Source of the DNA: an uncultured Acidimicrobiia bacterium
GTDB taxonomy: Bacteria > Acidobacteriota > Terriglobia > Versatilivoradales > Versatilivoraceae
Assembly (NCBI GenBank): GCA_963786955.1
Contig: CAWBAT010000005.1
Span: 1,248,001-1,312,000 of the forward strand
Reading direction: 5' to 3'
Length of the DNA: 64,000 nt
Positions 39,644 through 50,384 of this stretch are shown piece by piece. Both the position numbers and the translations under genes were made by a program. Below the pieces are notes generated by a model. That model searched no databases, was not told the DNA's origin, and saw nothing but the letters and a program-made list of their open reading frames with translations. The number at the start of each line of letters is the position of its first letter. The stretch's first letter is position 1.

Positions 39644-40738
39644 ATGAAGCATGTGTTGCATCTGACAGAAACTTCCGACACCGGCGGTGCGGAAAACATG
39701 TTCATCAGCTTGATTGAGAATCTGGACAAAACCCGTTACAAGTCCATTGCCTGTCTGCTGGGAGATGGATGGCTCAAGACCCAATTACAGAGGCGGGGGA
39801 TCGAAACCATAGTGGTCCCGCAGCGTCATTCTTTCGATTTTCCTTGGCTCTTTCGGCTTACCAGGCTGCTGAGGGACCGTTCGATACACGTGATGCACGC
39901 GCATGAGTTTGCAATGAACGTGTACGGAAGTCTGCTTTCCAAGATGACGGGAATTCCTATCATTACAACAGTACATGGGAAAAACTATTATTGGGAAAAA
40001 TGGCGCCGCCGATTGGCCTACCGATTCGCAGCGCGGCAATCAACCATGGTGGCTGTTTCTGAAGATCTTAAGCAGTTCTTGATGCAACGGGTCGCGATCC
40101 CTGCTGAGAATATCCGGGTTATACATAATGGTATTGATTTTCACGGCTATGGGGAGATGGACCGGAACAATACAATCCGGCGGGAACTGGGCATCGACGC
40201 GAAACAGCCCGTCATTGGTACGGTAGGCAATCTTTTCGCCGTGAAGGGACAAATTTACCTCCTCCGGGCTTGCAAGTCCGTAGCAAAGACTTTCCCGGAC
40301 TTTGTACTGCTGGTAGCTGGTGAGGGTGAGGAGTTGGGTTCCCTTGAAGAAGAAGCCTGCAATCTCGGAATTCGAGGCAACGTCAAGTTCTTGGGGTTTC
40401 GTGAGGATGTTCCCTCTCTCCTTCAGACGATGGATGTCTTTGTCCTGCCCTCCCTTTCCGAAGGGCTGCCGCTTTCCGTCTTGGAAGCATTCGCCTTGCG
40501 GAAACCCGTTGTAGCCACGAGCGTGGGGGGAATTCCTGAAATCGTGCAAGACGAGGCCACCGGTTATCTCGTGCCTCCGAAAAGTCCGGAAGCTCTGGCG
40601 GTGAGGATTATTGGGTTGCTTCGCGATCCTCAGAAAGCTGCAAAAATTGGAAAGGCTGGCCGGGAGAGAGTGGAAGAGGCTTTTGGCTTGGAGCAGATGG
40701 TACAGAAATATCAGTCTCTTTACGACAACGATCAATGA
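39644..40738 (+). CDS. Glycosyltransferase family 4
   Basis: GGAE, IHNGID, PSLSEGLPLSVLEA, VGGIPEIV. Confidence 0.92.
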   Translation: MKHVLHLTETSDTGGAENMFISLIENLDKTRYKSIACLLGDGWLKTQLQRRGIETIVVPQRHSFDFPWLFRLTRLLRDRSIHVMHAHEFAMNVYGSLLSKMTGIPIITTVHGKNYYWEKWRRRLAYRFAARQSTMVAVSEDLKQFLMQRVAIPAENIRVIHNGIDFHGYGEMDRNNTIRRELGIDAKQPVIGTVGNLFAVKGQIYLLRACKSVAKTFPDFVLLVAGEGEELGSLEEEACNLGIRGNVKFLGFREDVPSLLQTMDVFVLPSLSEGLPLSVLEAFALRKPVVATSVGGIPEIVQDEATGYLVPPKSPEALAVRIIGLLRDPQKAAKIGKAGRERVEEAFGLEQMVQKYQSLYDNDQ

Positions 40739-40829
40739 AGTTCTCGATTGACCGCTTGAATCAGGCGACGACGATCTTGACAGGCACCGCTTCTTCATTA
40801 TTGGCTCTGGTCTTGAACCGCTGATACGA

Positions 40830-40958
40830 AGTAATGCTTTTCATAAATAGAATGATGTTAACGCCGGGTCGGTGACCCGGCCTACAACTTTGTAGGCCGC
40901 GTGCCCCCACGCGGCGCCTGTCCTAATATTCGTCACTCTAATTACGAATCGCAGTACT
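40830..40958. mobile_element. MITE-like element, family A, copy 2 (129 bp)
   Basis: Reverse-complement homolog of 11698..11826. Confidence 0.8.
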
Positions 40959-40977
40959 AAGTTGCTGACGATTGAAT

Positions 40978-41344
40978 ACATTAAGTCGAGCTACCCCCCC
41001 CCCAGGAGATGCGAATGGAGACAAGTCCCCTCTCGGGAGGGGAGTGAAGGCTTGATAAGCCTTCACGCGTCATTAGCCCTCAGGGGTGGGTATGATTGGC
41101 ACTGGGAGCGCTGGCATCCTGCCCGCTTTTCGTCACCGATGCCCCCCAAGGTGTGAAATATTGGTTTCGGTGTTGCTCTGAGAGTGTCCCCCTTGGTTAA
41201 GGGGGACTGTAGGGGGGGGGTCCAGCAGCACTAACGACTACCCCCTAGCCCCCTCCTTACCCAAGGAGGGGAACCGATATTGAATTTTTTCACACCTCCC
41301 CACCAGCGGAAGGGAATTCAGACTGTGGCCGTTTGAATGCGACT
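40978..41344. repeat. Composite repeat: outer element shared with 50018..50280, with a nested family-B MITE (41150..41296)
   Basis: Left TAAGTCGA..CCAGG..GGAGACAAG and right TTCACACC..CCAGCGGA..GGAATTCA..TTTGAATGCGACT occur at both loci; internal hairpins such as CCCCTTGGTTAAGGGG. Confidence 0.65.
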
Positions 41345-41389
41345 GGGTATGTGAGCCAAACTCGGAATATAACCACAGGCAATTTAGAG

Positions 41390-41465
41390 AATGGTTCTGT
41401 GCCGCCGTTCTGGGATGGAAAGACAGCAGAAGGGATAGTAGCCGATATTGAGGGTTTTTTTCATG
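41390..41465 (+). pseudogene. 3' remnant of a UDP-GlcNAc 2-epimerase (WecB-like) gene
   Basis: Translates GSVPPFWDGKTAEGIVADI, resembling the WecB C-terminal P..WDG.AAERI motif. Confidence 0.55.
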
Positions 41466-42716
41466 ATCAATCGAAAGAAGGTCCTCATGATCTGTTATTA
41501 TTTCCCGCCGCTCATCACCTCAGGGGTGACGCGAAGCCTTGAATTTGCAAAACTCCTGCCGGATTTCGGGTGGGAGCCACTGGTTCTTACCGTGAAACGT
41601 TCCAAGGATCCGTGGGTCAAAGCTAGCCACGGCGGGGATCCGAAAGGGATTCAGATTGAGCGGAGTTTTGAATGGAACCTGGCGGGCCTGGCTGATTTCC
41701 TTCACGGCTGCTGCAGTCGGGTCGGCCGGCTCTTTGGAAAGAATCTCACCCAAAATTTCTTCCGGGAATATCTTTGCATTCCAGATACCCAGATAGCCTG
41801 GTTCTCAACCATCCCGGCACGTAGGTTCGCACGCGAATGTGAGCTCATCTACGTAAGCTGTTCGCCATTCAGTTCATCTGTCAGCGCCGCCATCGTGAAG
41901 CGGCTCACTGAGCGACCCTTGGTCGTCGATTTCCGCGACGCATGGTCCCTCAATCCGCATACTCACCCTAACCGGCTGCACCGCGCGATCATTAGACTCT
42001 TCGAACGTTTCGTTCTCAACGCCTGTGATGCTCTGATAGTGAACACGGATGGAGCAGCGCGGCTGTATGCCGCCGCTTATCCGGAGCACCGTAAGAAGAT
42101 CGTCACCATTCCAAATGGATATGACGTGCTTACCCCCGTTGATCGAAGGACCACAGGGGGTGACTTTCAAATCATGCACGTCGGATCGTTTTACGGGTCG
42201 CGAAGCCCAGACGCGCTCCTGGAGTGTCTGGCCGAGATGAGGAGGGATGACATTGTATTCGTCCAGGTTGGTGGCAGTTTCGACTCATATGAGCAGTTCA
42301 AGGAAAGGGTGCGAATCAAGATTATTCCTCCTCTTCCCAGAGAGGGGGCACTTGAGTTGATGCGCGAGGCATCGCTTCTGTATCTTAAACAAGGATGGGA
42401 ACCCGGCGTGTCAGAATATATTGCAGTGGGAGCGAAAACATACGAGTATCTTGCCACCGGTCTTCCAATTCTTGCCGAAGTACCGCCTGGCGACAACGCC
42501 GAGTTGGTCCAAAAATTTGCGTCAGCCGGATACGTAGTGACTTCCAATAATCGCGCGGACCTTCGTCATGCGGTCGAACAGGCTTACGAAGCCCGTTCGC
42601 GGGAAAGTGTGGCGATCCATCCACAGTTTGCGAAAGAGTTCTCGAGACGCGACCTTACTCAAAAGCTTGCAGCCACGTTTGACCGGCTGGCGGCCTCGCC
42701 CGGTGAAGGGAAATAA
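41463..42716 (+). CDS. GT-B/GT4-like glycosyltransferase
   Basis: ICYYFPP..SGVTR..FAK.L..FGWEP.VLT, DFRDAW, IPNGYD, KTYEYLATG.PIL. Confidence 0.85.
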   Translation: MINRKKVLMICYYFPPLITSGVTRSLEFAKLLPDFGWEPLVLTVKRSKDPWVKASHGGDPKGIQIERSFEWNLAGLADFLHGCCSRVGRLFGKNLTQNFFREYLCIPDTQIAWFSTIPARRFARECELIYVSCSPFSSSVSAAIVKRLTERPLVVDFRDAWSLNPHTHPNRLHRAIIRLFERFVLNACDALIVNTDGAARLYAAAYPEHRKKIVTIPNGYDVLTPVDRRTTGGDFQIMHVGSFYGSRSPDALLECLAEMRRDDIVFVQVGGSFDSYEQFKERVRIKIIPPLPREGALELMREASLLYLKQGWEPGVSEYIAVGAKTYEYLATGLPILAEVPPGDNAELVQKFASAGYVVTSNNRADLRHAVEQAYEARSRESVAIHPQFAKEFSRRDLTQKLAATFDRLAASPGEGK

Positions 42717-42762
42717 CGACAAAAGACTTTTCCCATTTATTGCAAAGCTCCGTTCACGAAAG

Positions 42763-43965
42763 ATGAAAATCTGCAAAATCTGGGATGCTGATTACCCTTG
42801 GGACATTCGGGTGGAAAAGGTATGCGACTCGCTTACTCAAGCAGGACACAGCGTCCATTTGGTATGCCGGAATCAAGAACGACGACAAAGGCTGGAACAG
42901 CAAGGGCAATTGAGCATCCATCGGCTGCCCTCCCTTCCCCATGCATTTGAGTCGGTCCATACACTGTGTAATTCTCCCTTTCCCGTGAACCCAGTATGGG
43001 TCGGGGCAATCGGAAGTGTCATCCGCAAAAATCAGGTTGATCTAATTCTCGTTCGCGATATTCTGCTTGCCCTTCCCAGTGCGGTTCTAGGAAGAGCATT
43101 TGGGATCCCAGTTGTGTTAGATATGGCCGAAAACTACCCTGCCATGTTGCGGGACCGACTCAGGTATACTCCAACGAGTCTTTTGGGTCGGTTGGCTAGA
43201 AATCCCATTCAGGCTCGATTTGTGGAATGGCTTTGCTTACGAATGGTTGACCATACCATCGTCGTGGTCGAAGAATCTCAAGAACGTCTTGTACGGGCAG
43301 GTTTGCCTCCAGATCGGCTCAGCATTGTGAACAATACACCCAGGCTAGATCGATGGGACTCAAGCAGGCAAGGCCGCGCGCAGGGAACCGGGCAAGAGAC
43401 TGTGGCGCTCGTTTACCTCGGAAACTTGGATGGGAGTCGTGGCATTGACGTGACAATTCAAGCCATTCAACAGTTGAAAGATCAAGACTTCCTCGCCACT
43501 CTTACCGTGATCGGAGACGGCCCAAACCTCAACGAATTTCGCGACATGGCAAGGCAGCTAGGTGTCGCGGATCGCATCACGTTTACAGGCCGCTTATCCT
43601 TTTCAAAAGTGCAAGATTTCGTGGCCCGCTCTAACATAGGTCTTATCCCACACTATGCGACCGACGCATGGAATGCAACCATTCCCAACAAGCTCTTCGA
43701 TTACATGTCTTCTGAACTTCCGGTCATTGTCTCAGATGCTAAACCTATGGCTCGGATTGTCCGCGAAGAGGGGTGCGGAGAGGTGTTCAAGGACAGGGAT
43801 CCGTACGACCTTGCTCGCTGTATCAGAGCCCTCATGGATCCCGTTGTGCGAGAGCGTCTAGGGCAACGCGGTCAGGCCGCAATTCGCCGGCGCTATAATT
43901 GGAATTACGATTCCGAAGTTTTATTGAAAACGCTGCTAGCAGTGAGAAAGCGGCATGACTCGTAA
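42763..43965 (+). CDS. Glycosyltransferase family 4
   Basis: YPWDIRVEK, LDMAENYP, TIPNKLFDYM..LPVIVS. Confidence 0.88.
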   Translation: MKICKIWDADYPWDIRVEKVCDSLTQAGHSVHLVCRNQERRQRLEQQGQLSIHRLPSLPHAFESVHTLCNSPFPVNPVWVGAIGSVIRKNQVDLILVRDILLALPSAVLGRAFGIPVVLDMAENYPAMLRDRLRYTPTSLLGRLARNPIQARFVEWLCLRMVDHTIVVVEESQERLVRAGLPPDRLSIVNNTPRLDRWDSSRQGRAQGTGQETVALVYLGNLDGSRGIDVTIQAIQQLKDQDFLATLTVIGDGPNLNEFRDMARQLGVADRITFTGRLSFSKVQDFVARSNIGLIPHYATDAWNATIPNKLFDYMSSELPVIVSDAKPMARIVREEGCGEVFKDRDPYDLARCIRALMDPVVRERLGQRGQAAIRRRYNWNYDSEVLLKTLLAVRKRHDS

Positions 43966-44128
43966 TAATCCGGTTTGTTTAATCCAAACGTCCCCCGGGT
44001 TGTAAGAGAATTAAATTGGTATTTTCCAACCGGAAAGTTTGGGCCGCGCTGAAGCTGGCGAGGCTAGATATACATGGCACAATCTCGCACCCAATCCTTC
44101 CTGAAAACGCAATAATGGCCTCTCGTTT

Positions 44129-46006
44129 ATGTGTGGCATAGCCGGCATCGTACATGCTGATTTCCAGCGCCCCGTCTCCTTAGGGTCAATTCAAGCGATG
44201 TGCGATAAGCTCGCCCACCGTGGGCCCGATCACTTTGGACATTATGTGCACGAAAACATTGGGCTCGGGATGCGACGCCTTAGCATCATTGACTTGCAGA
44301 CAGGACAACAACCCATTACCAACGAAGATGGATCAGTATGGATCGTTTTTAATGGTGAAATTTATAACTATCGTACCGTTCGAAAAGATCTCGAAGCAAG
44401 GGGCCATCACTTTCGCACGACGAGTGACACGGAAGTTATCGTGCACCTGTATGAAGACATGGGTCAGGAATGTGTCCAACGTCTTCGAGGGATGTTTGCT
44501 TTTGCCATTTGGGACGCGAAACGGCACGCCTTGTTGCTCGCACGAGACCGGCTTGGCATAAAGCCGCTGTACTATGCCGAAACCTCAGAGGGCCTGATCT
44601 TTGGTTCCGAACTGAAGGCCTTGCTCACGCATCCGTCCGTTTCGCGCGACATTAGCCCCAAAGCAATTTTCGAATACTTTACCCACTTTTGCATTCCCGG
44701 GGATCTATCGATCTTCGAGAGCATCCACAAACTTCCCGCTGGACACGTGCTGGTGTATAGCCACAGCCGAGCCGCTCTCACTCATTACTGGCATATTCAA
44801 CCTACCCCCGATTACAGACCAACGGAGGAGGAGTGGACAGAAGAACTTCGCAGCCGGCTCCAAGATGCCGTCGAGAGTCACCTTGTGTCCGACGTGCCGG
44901 TTGGTGCATTTCTCAGTGGCGGGCTTGACTCAGGCGCGATGGTGGCGCTGATGGCCCAAGCTTCACAAGAGCCCATTCGCACTTTCACGGTTGGGTTTGG
45001 AACAGATGTCGGTCGGTTTGATGAACGACTTGCCGCCAGAACTGTCGCTGAGCGGTATGGGACGAACCACCGCGAGTGTCTGCTCGAAACCAATGTGACA
45101 GAACTTCTTCCCAAAATCGTGTCAGCCTTCGACGAACCGTTTGCGGATTCATCAGCGATTCCCAACTGGCTGGTCTGCGAGGAAACGGCACGCCACGTTA
45201 AAGTGGCGCTCTCTGGCCTGGGAGCCGATGAATTGTTTGGTGGCTACGAGCGTTACCTTGGACTTCAGCTAGGTGAAGTGTATCATCGGATTCCTCGCCC
45301 ACTGCGCCTCGCGTTCGCAAAGATTATTGATCTCTTGCCCACCAGCGACCGGATCTCCTATCGCAGCGACCGGCTGACACGTTTCATTGCCGCGGGCGAT
45401 TTGTCCCTTGCATCACGTTATCGGAGCTTCATCGCCGCGTTTGAGGATGCCCGTACAATTATTCACCCCAATGTGTTAGCAGCAATTGAGGGTAAAGATC
45501 ACTATTACGACCAGGTGACTAGAGACCTAAAAATCCGAAAAGCCTTAGATCTTGGCCTATTCACAGACTTGTTTCTCTATTTGCCAGATGACCTACTGCC
45601 TCTTAGTGACCGAGTGAGCATGGCTCATTCTCTAGAGGTACGCGTTCCATTCGTAGATCATGAACTCGTGGAGTTCGCTGCTCGAATTCCGGCTCATCTA
45701 AAAGTACACCGATTGCAGAAGAAATATATCTTTCGAAAAGCGATTTCGCCCTGGCTCCCCCCACAACACATGACACGTCCCAAACAGGGCTTCTCAGTCC
45801 CGATTGGCACATGGTTGAGAGGACCGCTACGCCCAATGCTCCTGGACCTCAAGGAGAGCCAGGGGTTGCGTATGTCGCCTTGGCTCAATCATGCTGCGGT
45901 GCAGCAGTTAATTGATGAACACCTAGCTGGCACGCAGAACCATGAGAGTCGCCTTTGGACAATCCTGTGCTTTTGTGAGTGGGAACGTCAATATAAGGCA
46001 GATTGA
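44129..46006 (+). CDS. asnB: Asparagine synthase-like amidotransferase (AsnB/WbpS-type polysaccharide amidotransferase)
   Basis: MCGIAG, HRGPD, RDRLGIKPLY, LSGGLDS, DEPFADSS, DRVSMAHSLEVRVPF, KQGFSVP. Confidence 0.93.
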   Translation: MCGIAGIVHADFQRPVSLGSIQAMCDKLAHRGPDHFGHYVHENIGLGMRRLSIIDLQTGQQPITNEDGSVWIVFNGEIYNYRTVRKDLEARGHHFRTTSDTEVIVHLYEDMGQECVQRLRGMFAFAIWDAKRHALLLARDRLGIKPLYYAETSEGLIFGSELKALLTHPSVSRDISPKAIFEYFTHFCIPGDLSIFESIHKLPAGHVLVYSHSRAALTHYWHIQPTPDYRPTEEEWTEELRSRLQDAVESHLVSDVPVGAFLSGGLDSGAMVALMAQASQEPIRTFTVGFGTDVGRFDERLAARTVAERYGTNHRECLLETNVTELLPKIVSAFDEPFADSSAIPNWLVCEETARHVKVALSGLGADELFGGYERYLGLQLGEVYHRIPRPLRLAFAKIIDLLPTSDRISYRSDRLTRFIAAGDLSLASRYRSFIAAFEDARTIIHPNVLAAIEGKDHYYDQVTRDLKIRKALDLGLFTDLFLYLPDDLLPLSDRVSMAHSLEVRVPFVDHELVEFAARIPAHLKVHRLQKKYIFRKAISPWLPPQHMTRPKQGFSVPIGTWLRGPLRPMLLDLKESQGLRMSPWLNHAAVQQLIDEHLAGTQNHESRLWTILCFCEWERQYKAD

Positions 46007-46160
46007 GTATTTCTAGCAAAAAATGTCAGCAATTTGCAATTACCGCACAATTAACCCTGCCACAATTTGGGAGGCACCCCGTTTATGTTGAACACCCATA
46101 TCTGCAGTGCGGTTAGTGAGTCCAATTCGTCTATAGAGATGGCTCCATGGGCACAGTAAC

Positions 46161-47366
46161 ATGGAAATCCCCACCCATCCCACGCTTAGGTCGAACATGA
46201 GCAACGAGACGAATAATCGTTCACTCCACAGTCCACAAATTTTGTTTATTTTCCCACTTGTCTATCGTCCCCTTAAGGACAATTTTGCTGGGAAGTTCAA
46301 ACATCTCTCAAATTGGTTCGGTGGCCACATCTTTTCCCTTAGCGGTACAAAACAAAGAAACGTAGCCCTTTCGAATTTTCGTTTTCACTCGGAGAAGTCA
46401 GGGACCAGTGCCGCAAGTCGGTTGTTCCTCGGAATTTGGGTTCAAACCGTTGTTCCCCTCCAGTTGTTGTGGGGTAAAACTCAGGTAGATATGGTCGTAG
46501 CTTATGACCCCTATAGATCCGGCCTAGCTGCGCTGATTTTGAAATACATCTTTCGCTGTAAGATGATCGTTGAAGAGAATGGGGAGTATTATGGCGACTA
46601 TGAAAGAAATGAATCGGGTCAATCCTTTGTGAGTAAGGGGCTTATGAGACTCTTGTTTAATCTGAGTCTTCGATGTGCTGATGCCATCAAAGTATTGAAT
46701 ACTGACCAGGAAGCATATTATCGACGGCTTCTCCCACACAAGCGCGTTTACCTGTTTCCGAATTTTGTGGCTACAGAATACTTCCAATCGCTTGCATCTT
46801 ACCAAGGCGAGTATTTGCTGTCCGTAGGCTATCCTTTTTATCGTAAAGGTGTTGATGTATTAATCGAAGCTTTTAAACTGATTGCAGGAAAGCATCAACG
46901 CGTAAGACTAAGGATCATGGGTTATTGCCCGGCTGAAGAGTTTGAAAAATACCGAACCATTGCTGGCGATCACCCCCGAATAGAGTTTATTAAACCCGGA
47001 TGGATGGAGGAAGTTGGTGAGCAGATGAAAGGTTGCTATGCGCTCGTGAATGCCGCCCGATCTGAAGCGATGGGGCGAGTTCACATTGAAGCGATGGCTT
47101 GCGGAAAGCCGATAGTGGCGACACGCAATAATGGCGCACTCCTATGCATTGAGGATGGGCAGACTGGCCTCCTGTGCGAAATTGGGGATATTGAAGATCT
47201 CGCCGCAAAGCTGGATGAATTGCTCTCGGACCCTCATCGCGCGGACCGGATGGGTCAAGCCGGTAAGATGCGGATGCATGAGATGTTTTCCGAGAATGCA
47301 TATGTAACAAATTTTCGTACCATGTTCGATGAGGTTAATGGAACAGGTACTACTCATAATAGCTGA
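46161..47366 (+). CDS. Glycosyltransferase family 4
   Basis: KGVDVLIEAF, SEAMGRVHIEAMACGKPIV; start may be 46197. Confidence 0.88.
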   Translation: MEIPTHPTLRSNMSNETNNRSLHSPQILFIFPLVYRPLKDNFAGKFKHLSNWFGGHIFSLSGTKQRNVALSNFRFHSEKSGTSAASRLFLGIWVQTVVPLQLLWGKTQVDMVVAYDPYRSGLAALILKYIFRCKMIVEENGEYYGDYERNESGQSFVSKGLMRLLFNLSLRCADAIKVLNTDQEAYYRRLLPHKRVYLFPNFVATEYFQSLASYQGEYLLSVGYPFYRKGVDVLIEAFKLIAGKHQRVRLRIMGYCPAEEFEKYRTIAGDHPRIEFIKPGWMEEVGEQMKGCYALVNAARSEAMGRVHIEAMACGKPIVATRNNGALLCIEDGQTGLLCEIGDIEDLAAKLDELLSDPHRADRMGQAGKMRMHEMFSENAYVTNFRTMFDEVNGTGTTHNS

Positions 47367-47619
47367 TACAGTCCTACACCCTGATCTGGTCGTTCAATCA
47401 CGGGATCTTCAGCGCCAAGACTACTTGTGAAGGGTTGTGTGTAGGAGCCTCCTTATTGCCTATATCGGCGCTGCCTCACCCGCATTGTGGAATTGTGAAC
47501 CAGTTATTCCTTAAGGTTGGGCATGAATTTTGAGACGCGTGATCTAAGCACTGGCGTAGACCCAATTAGGCATAGTTATCTCGTACATTAATGGGCGAAT
47601 CTTCATCTATAGGTGACAA

Positions 47620-48894
47620 GTGAGATCCAATAACATTAGGGCCCCGCAAGATGTGCGGGAATCGACGTCCACCGGTTTTGGCTTCTTTCTCGTCATCCTT
47701 TTCTTGCTCTTCGAGTACGGCCGTCCACAGGACAAATTCAGTGCAATCGGGGCAATTCATCCAAACTGGATTCTCACATCACTGATGGTAATCGCATGGT
47801 TTCGGAGCGGTAAGTTTCGGATGGTGGCGAGTCCACAAGTTTATCGCATGGTTCTCATCCTTTTTTTGCTTGCCCTCCACGTCCCTTTCGCCCGCAATAA
47901 TTTTTGGGCATTTAATACAACCCTAGGCTTTTTCTTGCTCGTTCCGTTCTGCATTTCTATCGTGCTCTTCGTGGACAGCTTTGAGAGGTTGCGCGTCTTC
48001 ATGAAGTGGTGGATCTTTCTGGCGATCTATATTGCGGTGAACGGAATTCGTGGTTCCGGGGTAGCCGGATCGTCCTTTCTTGAAGACGAGAACGACGTCT
48101 CTCTCCTCATAAACATGATGCTGCCCTTCGCGCTTTGTTTATTCGTGTACGAACAGCAAATGAAGATGAGGCTGGTCTACCTGATCACTTCGCTCCTTTG
48201 TGTGGCAGGCATCGTTTTTTCCAGGTCTCGCGGCGGGTTTCTTGGCCTGATAGCAGTGTTGACAGTGATCTGGCTGGCCAGCCCCAGGAAAGTGCTTTCC
48301 TTGTTTCTGGTTGGTGTCTTGGCCCTCGGCGTCTTCCTTGTTTCGGACCAGAAATACTGGGACCGAATGTCCACAATTGAAAAGACTGATGAAGGCACGG
48401 CGAAAGAGAGAACTGACTCCTGGCACGCGGGATGGGAAATGTTCAAGGACCATCCCTTTGGTGTTGGCCCCGGGAATTTTCCAATCCGGTTCCCGGAATA
48501 TCAACCGGAAACCATGAAAAGATCCATGTGGGGAAGGCAGGCGCATTCTCTGTGGTTCACGCTCTTGCCAGAGTTGGGTGTCCCTGGCCTGCTGCTCTAC
48601 CTATCGCTCCTTTGGCTGAATTTACGGGACCTGAGGTATCTCAGGAGATTGCCAAAGGATGACGATAATTCCCGATTTGTTTACTTCTTGTCGCTGGCGT
48701 ATGTGGCGAGTCTAGTCGGCTATTTTGTCTCAGGCACATTCCTATCCGTCTTGTACTATCCGCACTACTGGTATCTTACCGCTATGATTGTTGCAACTCG
48801 TAAGATCGTTGAAAACGCAGATCCTTCCAAATCAATGGTGCCCGGGCATGGGATAGAATTAGGGAAATCCTCAGCTCAAGAAAATGTGGCGTGA
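47620..48894 (+). CDS. O-antigen ligase / Wzy-like polymerase family protein
   Basis: Multi-TM; DENDVSL, SRSRGGFLGL, R..SW..GW.MF.DHPFGVG.GNF, AHSLWF..LPELG. Confidence 0.85.
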   Translation: MRSNNIRAPQDVRESTSTGFGFFLVILFLLFEYGRPQDKFSAIGAIHPNWILTSLMVIAWFRSGKFRMVASPQVYRMVLILFLLALHVPFARNNFWAFNTTLGFFLLVPFCISIVLFVDSFERLRVFMKWWIFLAIYIAVNGIRGSGVAGSSFLEDENDVSLLINMMLPFALCLFVYEQQMKMRLVYLITSLLCVAGIVFSRSRGGFLGLIAVLTVIWLASPRKVLSLFLVGVLALGVFLVSDQKYWDRMSTIEKTDEGTAKERTDSWHAGWEMFKDHPFGVGPGNFPIRFPEYQPETMKRSMWGRQAHSLWFTLLPELGVPGLLLYLSLLWLNLRDLRYLRRLPKDDDNSRFVYFLSLAYVASLVGYFVSGTFLSVLYYPHYWYLTAMIVATRKIVENADPSKSMVPGHGIELGKSSAQENVA

Positions 48895-48935
48895 GATAGC
48901 GAAGAATTGTGCCTATCGAAGGGTTTCTTTAATAC

Positions 48936-49967
48936 ATGGAAGCATCCATAAAGGCCAAATCAGTGCTGGCTTCGTTCCTACATTTAGCCGGCGTCAATTC
49001 CTGGAAGCTACGGCGGTCCGCGCGGGGCGATATCGCAGTCTTAATGTACCACAGGGTCGTTCCAATAAAAGAAATGGGGCGTTCTGTGCAAGCAGGGATG
49101 GTTGTTGAACCCGATACCTTGGATCTACATATTAGCTATTTACGAAATCATTTTGAAATCATTCCTCTCTCTGATTTGAATTTGTTTCACCAGAACAATC
49201 CGCAGAATCTCTCCAGAAAGCCCGTTTGTGCCCTCACTTTTGATGATGGTTGGTGCGACTTCTTTGAGTATGCCTACCCGATTCTCAAGAAGCACGAAGC
49301 CCCAGCGACGGTTTTCCTACCAACCGATTTTATCGGGACAGGCCGGTGGTTCTGGACCGATCGCGTGGGAATTCTATTGGACCGAATGGATCAGTACCGG
49401 GATAGTATGAAATGCGCTTCACTCTTTCCGGATCCTCTACTAAGCGAAGCAGTGCGCATGCCGGGAACCCATGAGACAAGACTGGAGAGGATAATTGCTC
49501 TCTTGAAATCTTACAAAATTGAAAAAATTGAGTGGGTCATTTCGGAAGTATCTGCCGCCTTGGGTGAAGATCCGGCCCCAACGGACCGGGCTTTTTTGTC
49601 TTGGGAGGAAGTGCAGGAAATGTCTGGATCTGGCCTCGTGTCCTTTGGGTCACACACCGCCGGGCATCCGCTCCTGACGACTCTGACAGAGGAAGAGGCT
49701 GAGAATGAACTGAGAAAGTCGATGGACGTCTTGATTGCTCATAAAGTTGCCGACGCCAATTTCATCTCTTTCAGTTACCCGAATGGAAGTTTTTCGGAGA
49801 GATTGAGCGAAATGGTTCGGGAAGCGGGCTACCATCTGGCAGTGACCACCCGAAATGGATGGCATCACCAAGGGGCGAACCCTTATACAATCCGAAGGAT
49901 TCCAGTTCATCAAGATATGACCTCTACGGAAGCCATGTACGAATCGCGAATCGTCAACTTATTATGA
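48936..49967 (+). CDS. Polysaccharide deacetylase (CE4)
   Basis: LMYHRV, LTFDDGW, FGSHT..H, FSYPNG. Confidence 0.9.
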   Translation: MEASIKAKSVLASFLHLAGVNSWKLRRSARGDIAVLMYHRVVPIKEMGRSVQAGMVVEPDTLDLHISYLRNHFEIIPLSDLNLFHQNNPQNLSRKPVCALTFDDGWCDFFEYAYPILKKHEAPATVFLPTDFIGTGRWFWTDRVGILLDRMDQYRDSMKCASLFPDPLLSEAVRMPGTHETRLERIIALLKSYKIEKIEWVISEVSAALGEDPAPTDRAFLSWEEVQEMSGSGLVSFGSHTAGHPLLTTLTEEEAENELRKSMDVLIAHKVADANFISFSYPNGSFSERLSEMVREAGYHLAVTTRNGWHHQGANPYTIRRIPVHQDMTSTEAMYESRIVNLL

Positions 49968-50017
49968 ACACCATTTGAATGGGCGGAATCTCTGATATTG
50001 AATTGCAAACAATTGGA

Positions 50018-50280
50018 TACACTAAGTCGACCTAGCCCCTCCAGGGGATGTGAGTGGAGACAAGCAGTGGTTAAGGTAGGGCGGTCTCGCTGAGACCGCC
50101 GACTCTAGTTTGGGCATGGCGGCGCGCACGGCGTTCGCGCCCTACCAGAGCGACCACCCCAATACCTCTGAAGAAGTGAAGAAATTGTAGCGGCGCTCAT
50201 AGAGCGCCGCTACAGCCAATTCTTTCACACCTTCCCTCCAGCGGAGGGGAATTCACATAGTTGCCCTTTGAATGCGACTT
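50018..50280. repeat. Composite repeat with a REP doublet (50076..50145) and a family-B end (to 50231)
   Basis: GTAGGGCGGTCTCGCTGAGACCGCC...GGCGCGCACGGCGTTCGCGCCCTAC; hairpin TGTAGCGGCGCTC-ATA-GAGCGCCGCTACA; CCAATTCTTTCACACC. Confidence 0.7.
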
Positions 50281-50384
50281 GTTAAGAGAAAAAGCCTCGC
50301 GGTTTCGGACATTGGGATATGGGATAGCTGGCTCCGGGAGGTGGTGGCGCGAGCGGCAAGGTGAACGATGCAACCGCAAGTACG

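Noticed and set aside
40040-40798. 252-aa antisense ORF (also the overlapping ORFs 53023..53712 and 55283..55969)
   Set aside because: These are shadow frames overlapping well-supported genes and have no recognisable motifs.
44075-44090. TGGCACAATCTCGCA as a sigma-54 promoter
   Set aside because: GG-to-GC spacing is 9, not the required 10. The minus-strand look-alike near 56150-56163 has the same problem.
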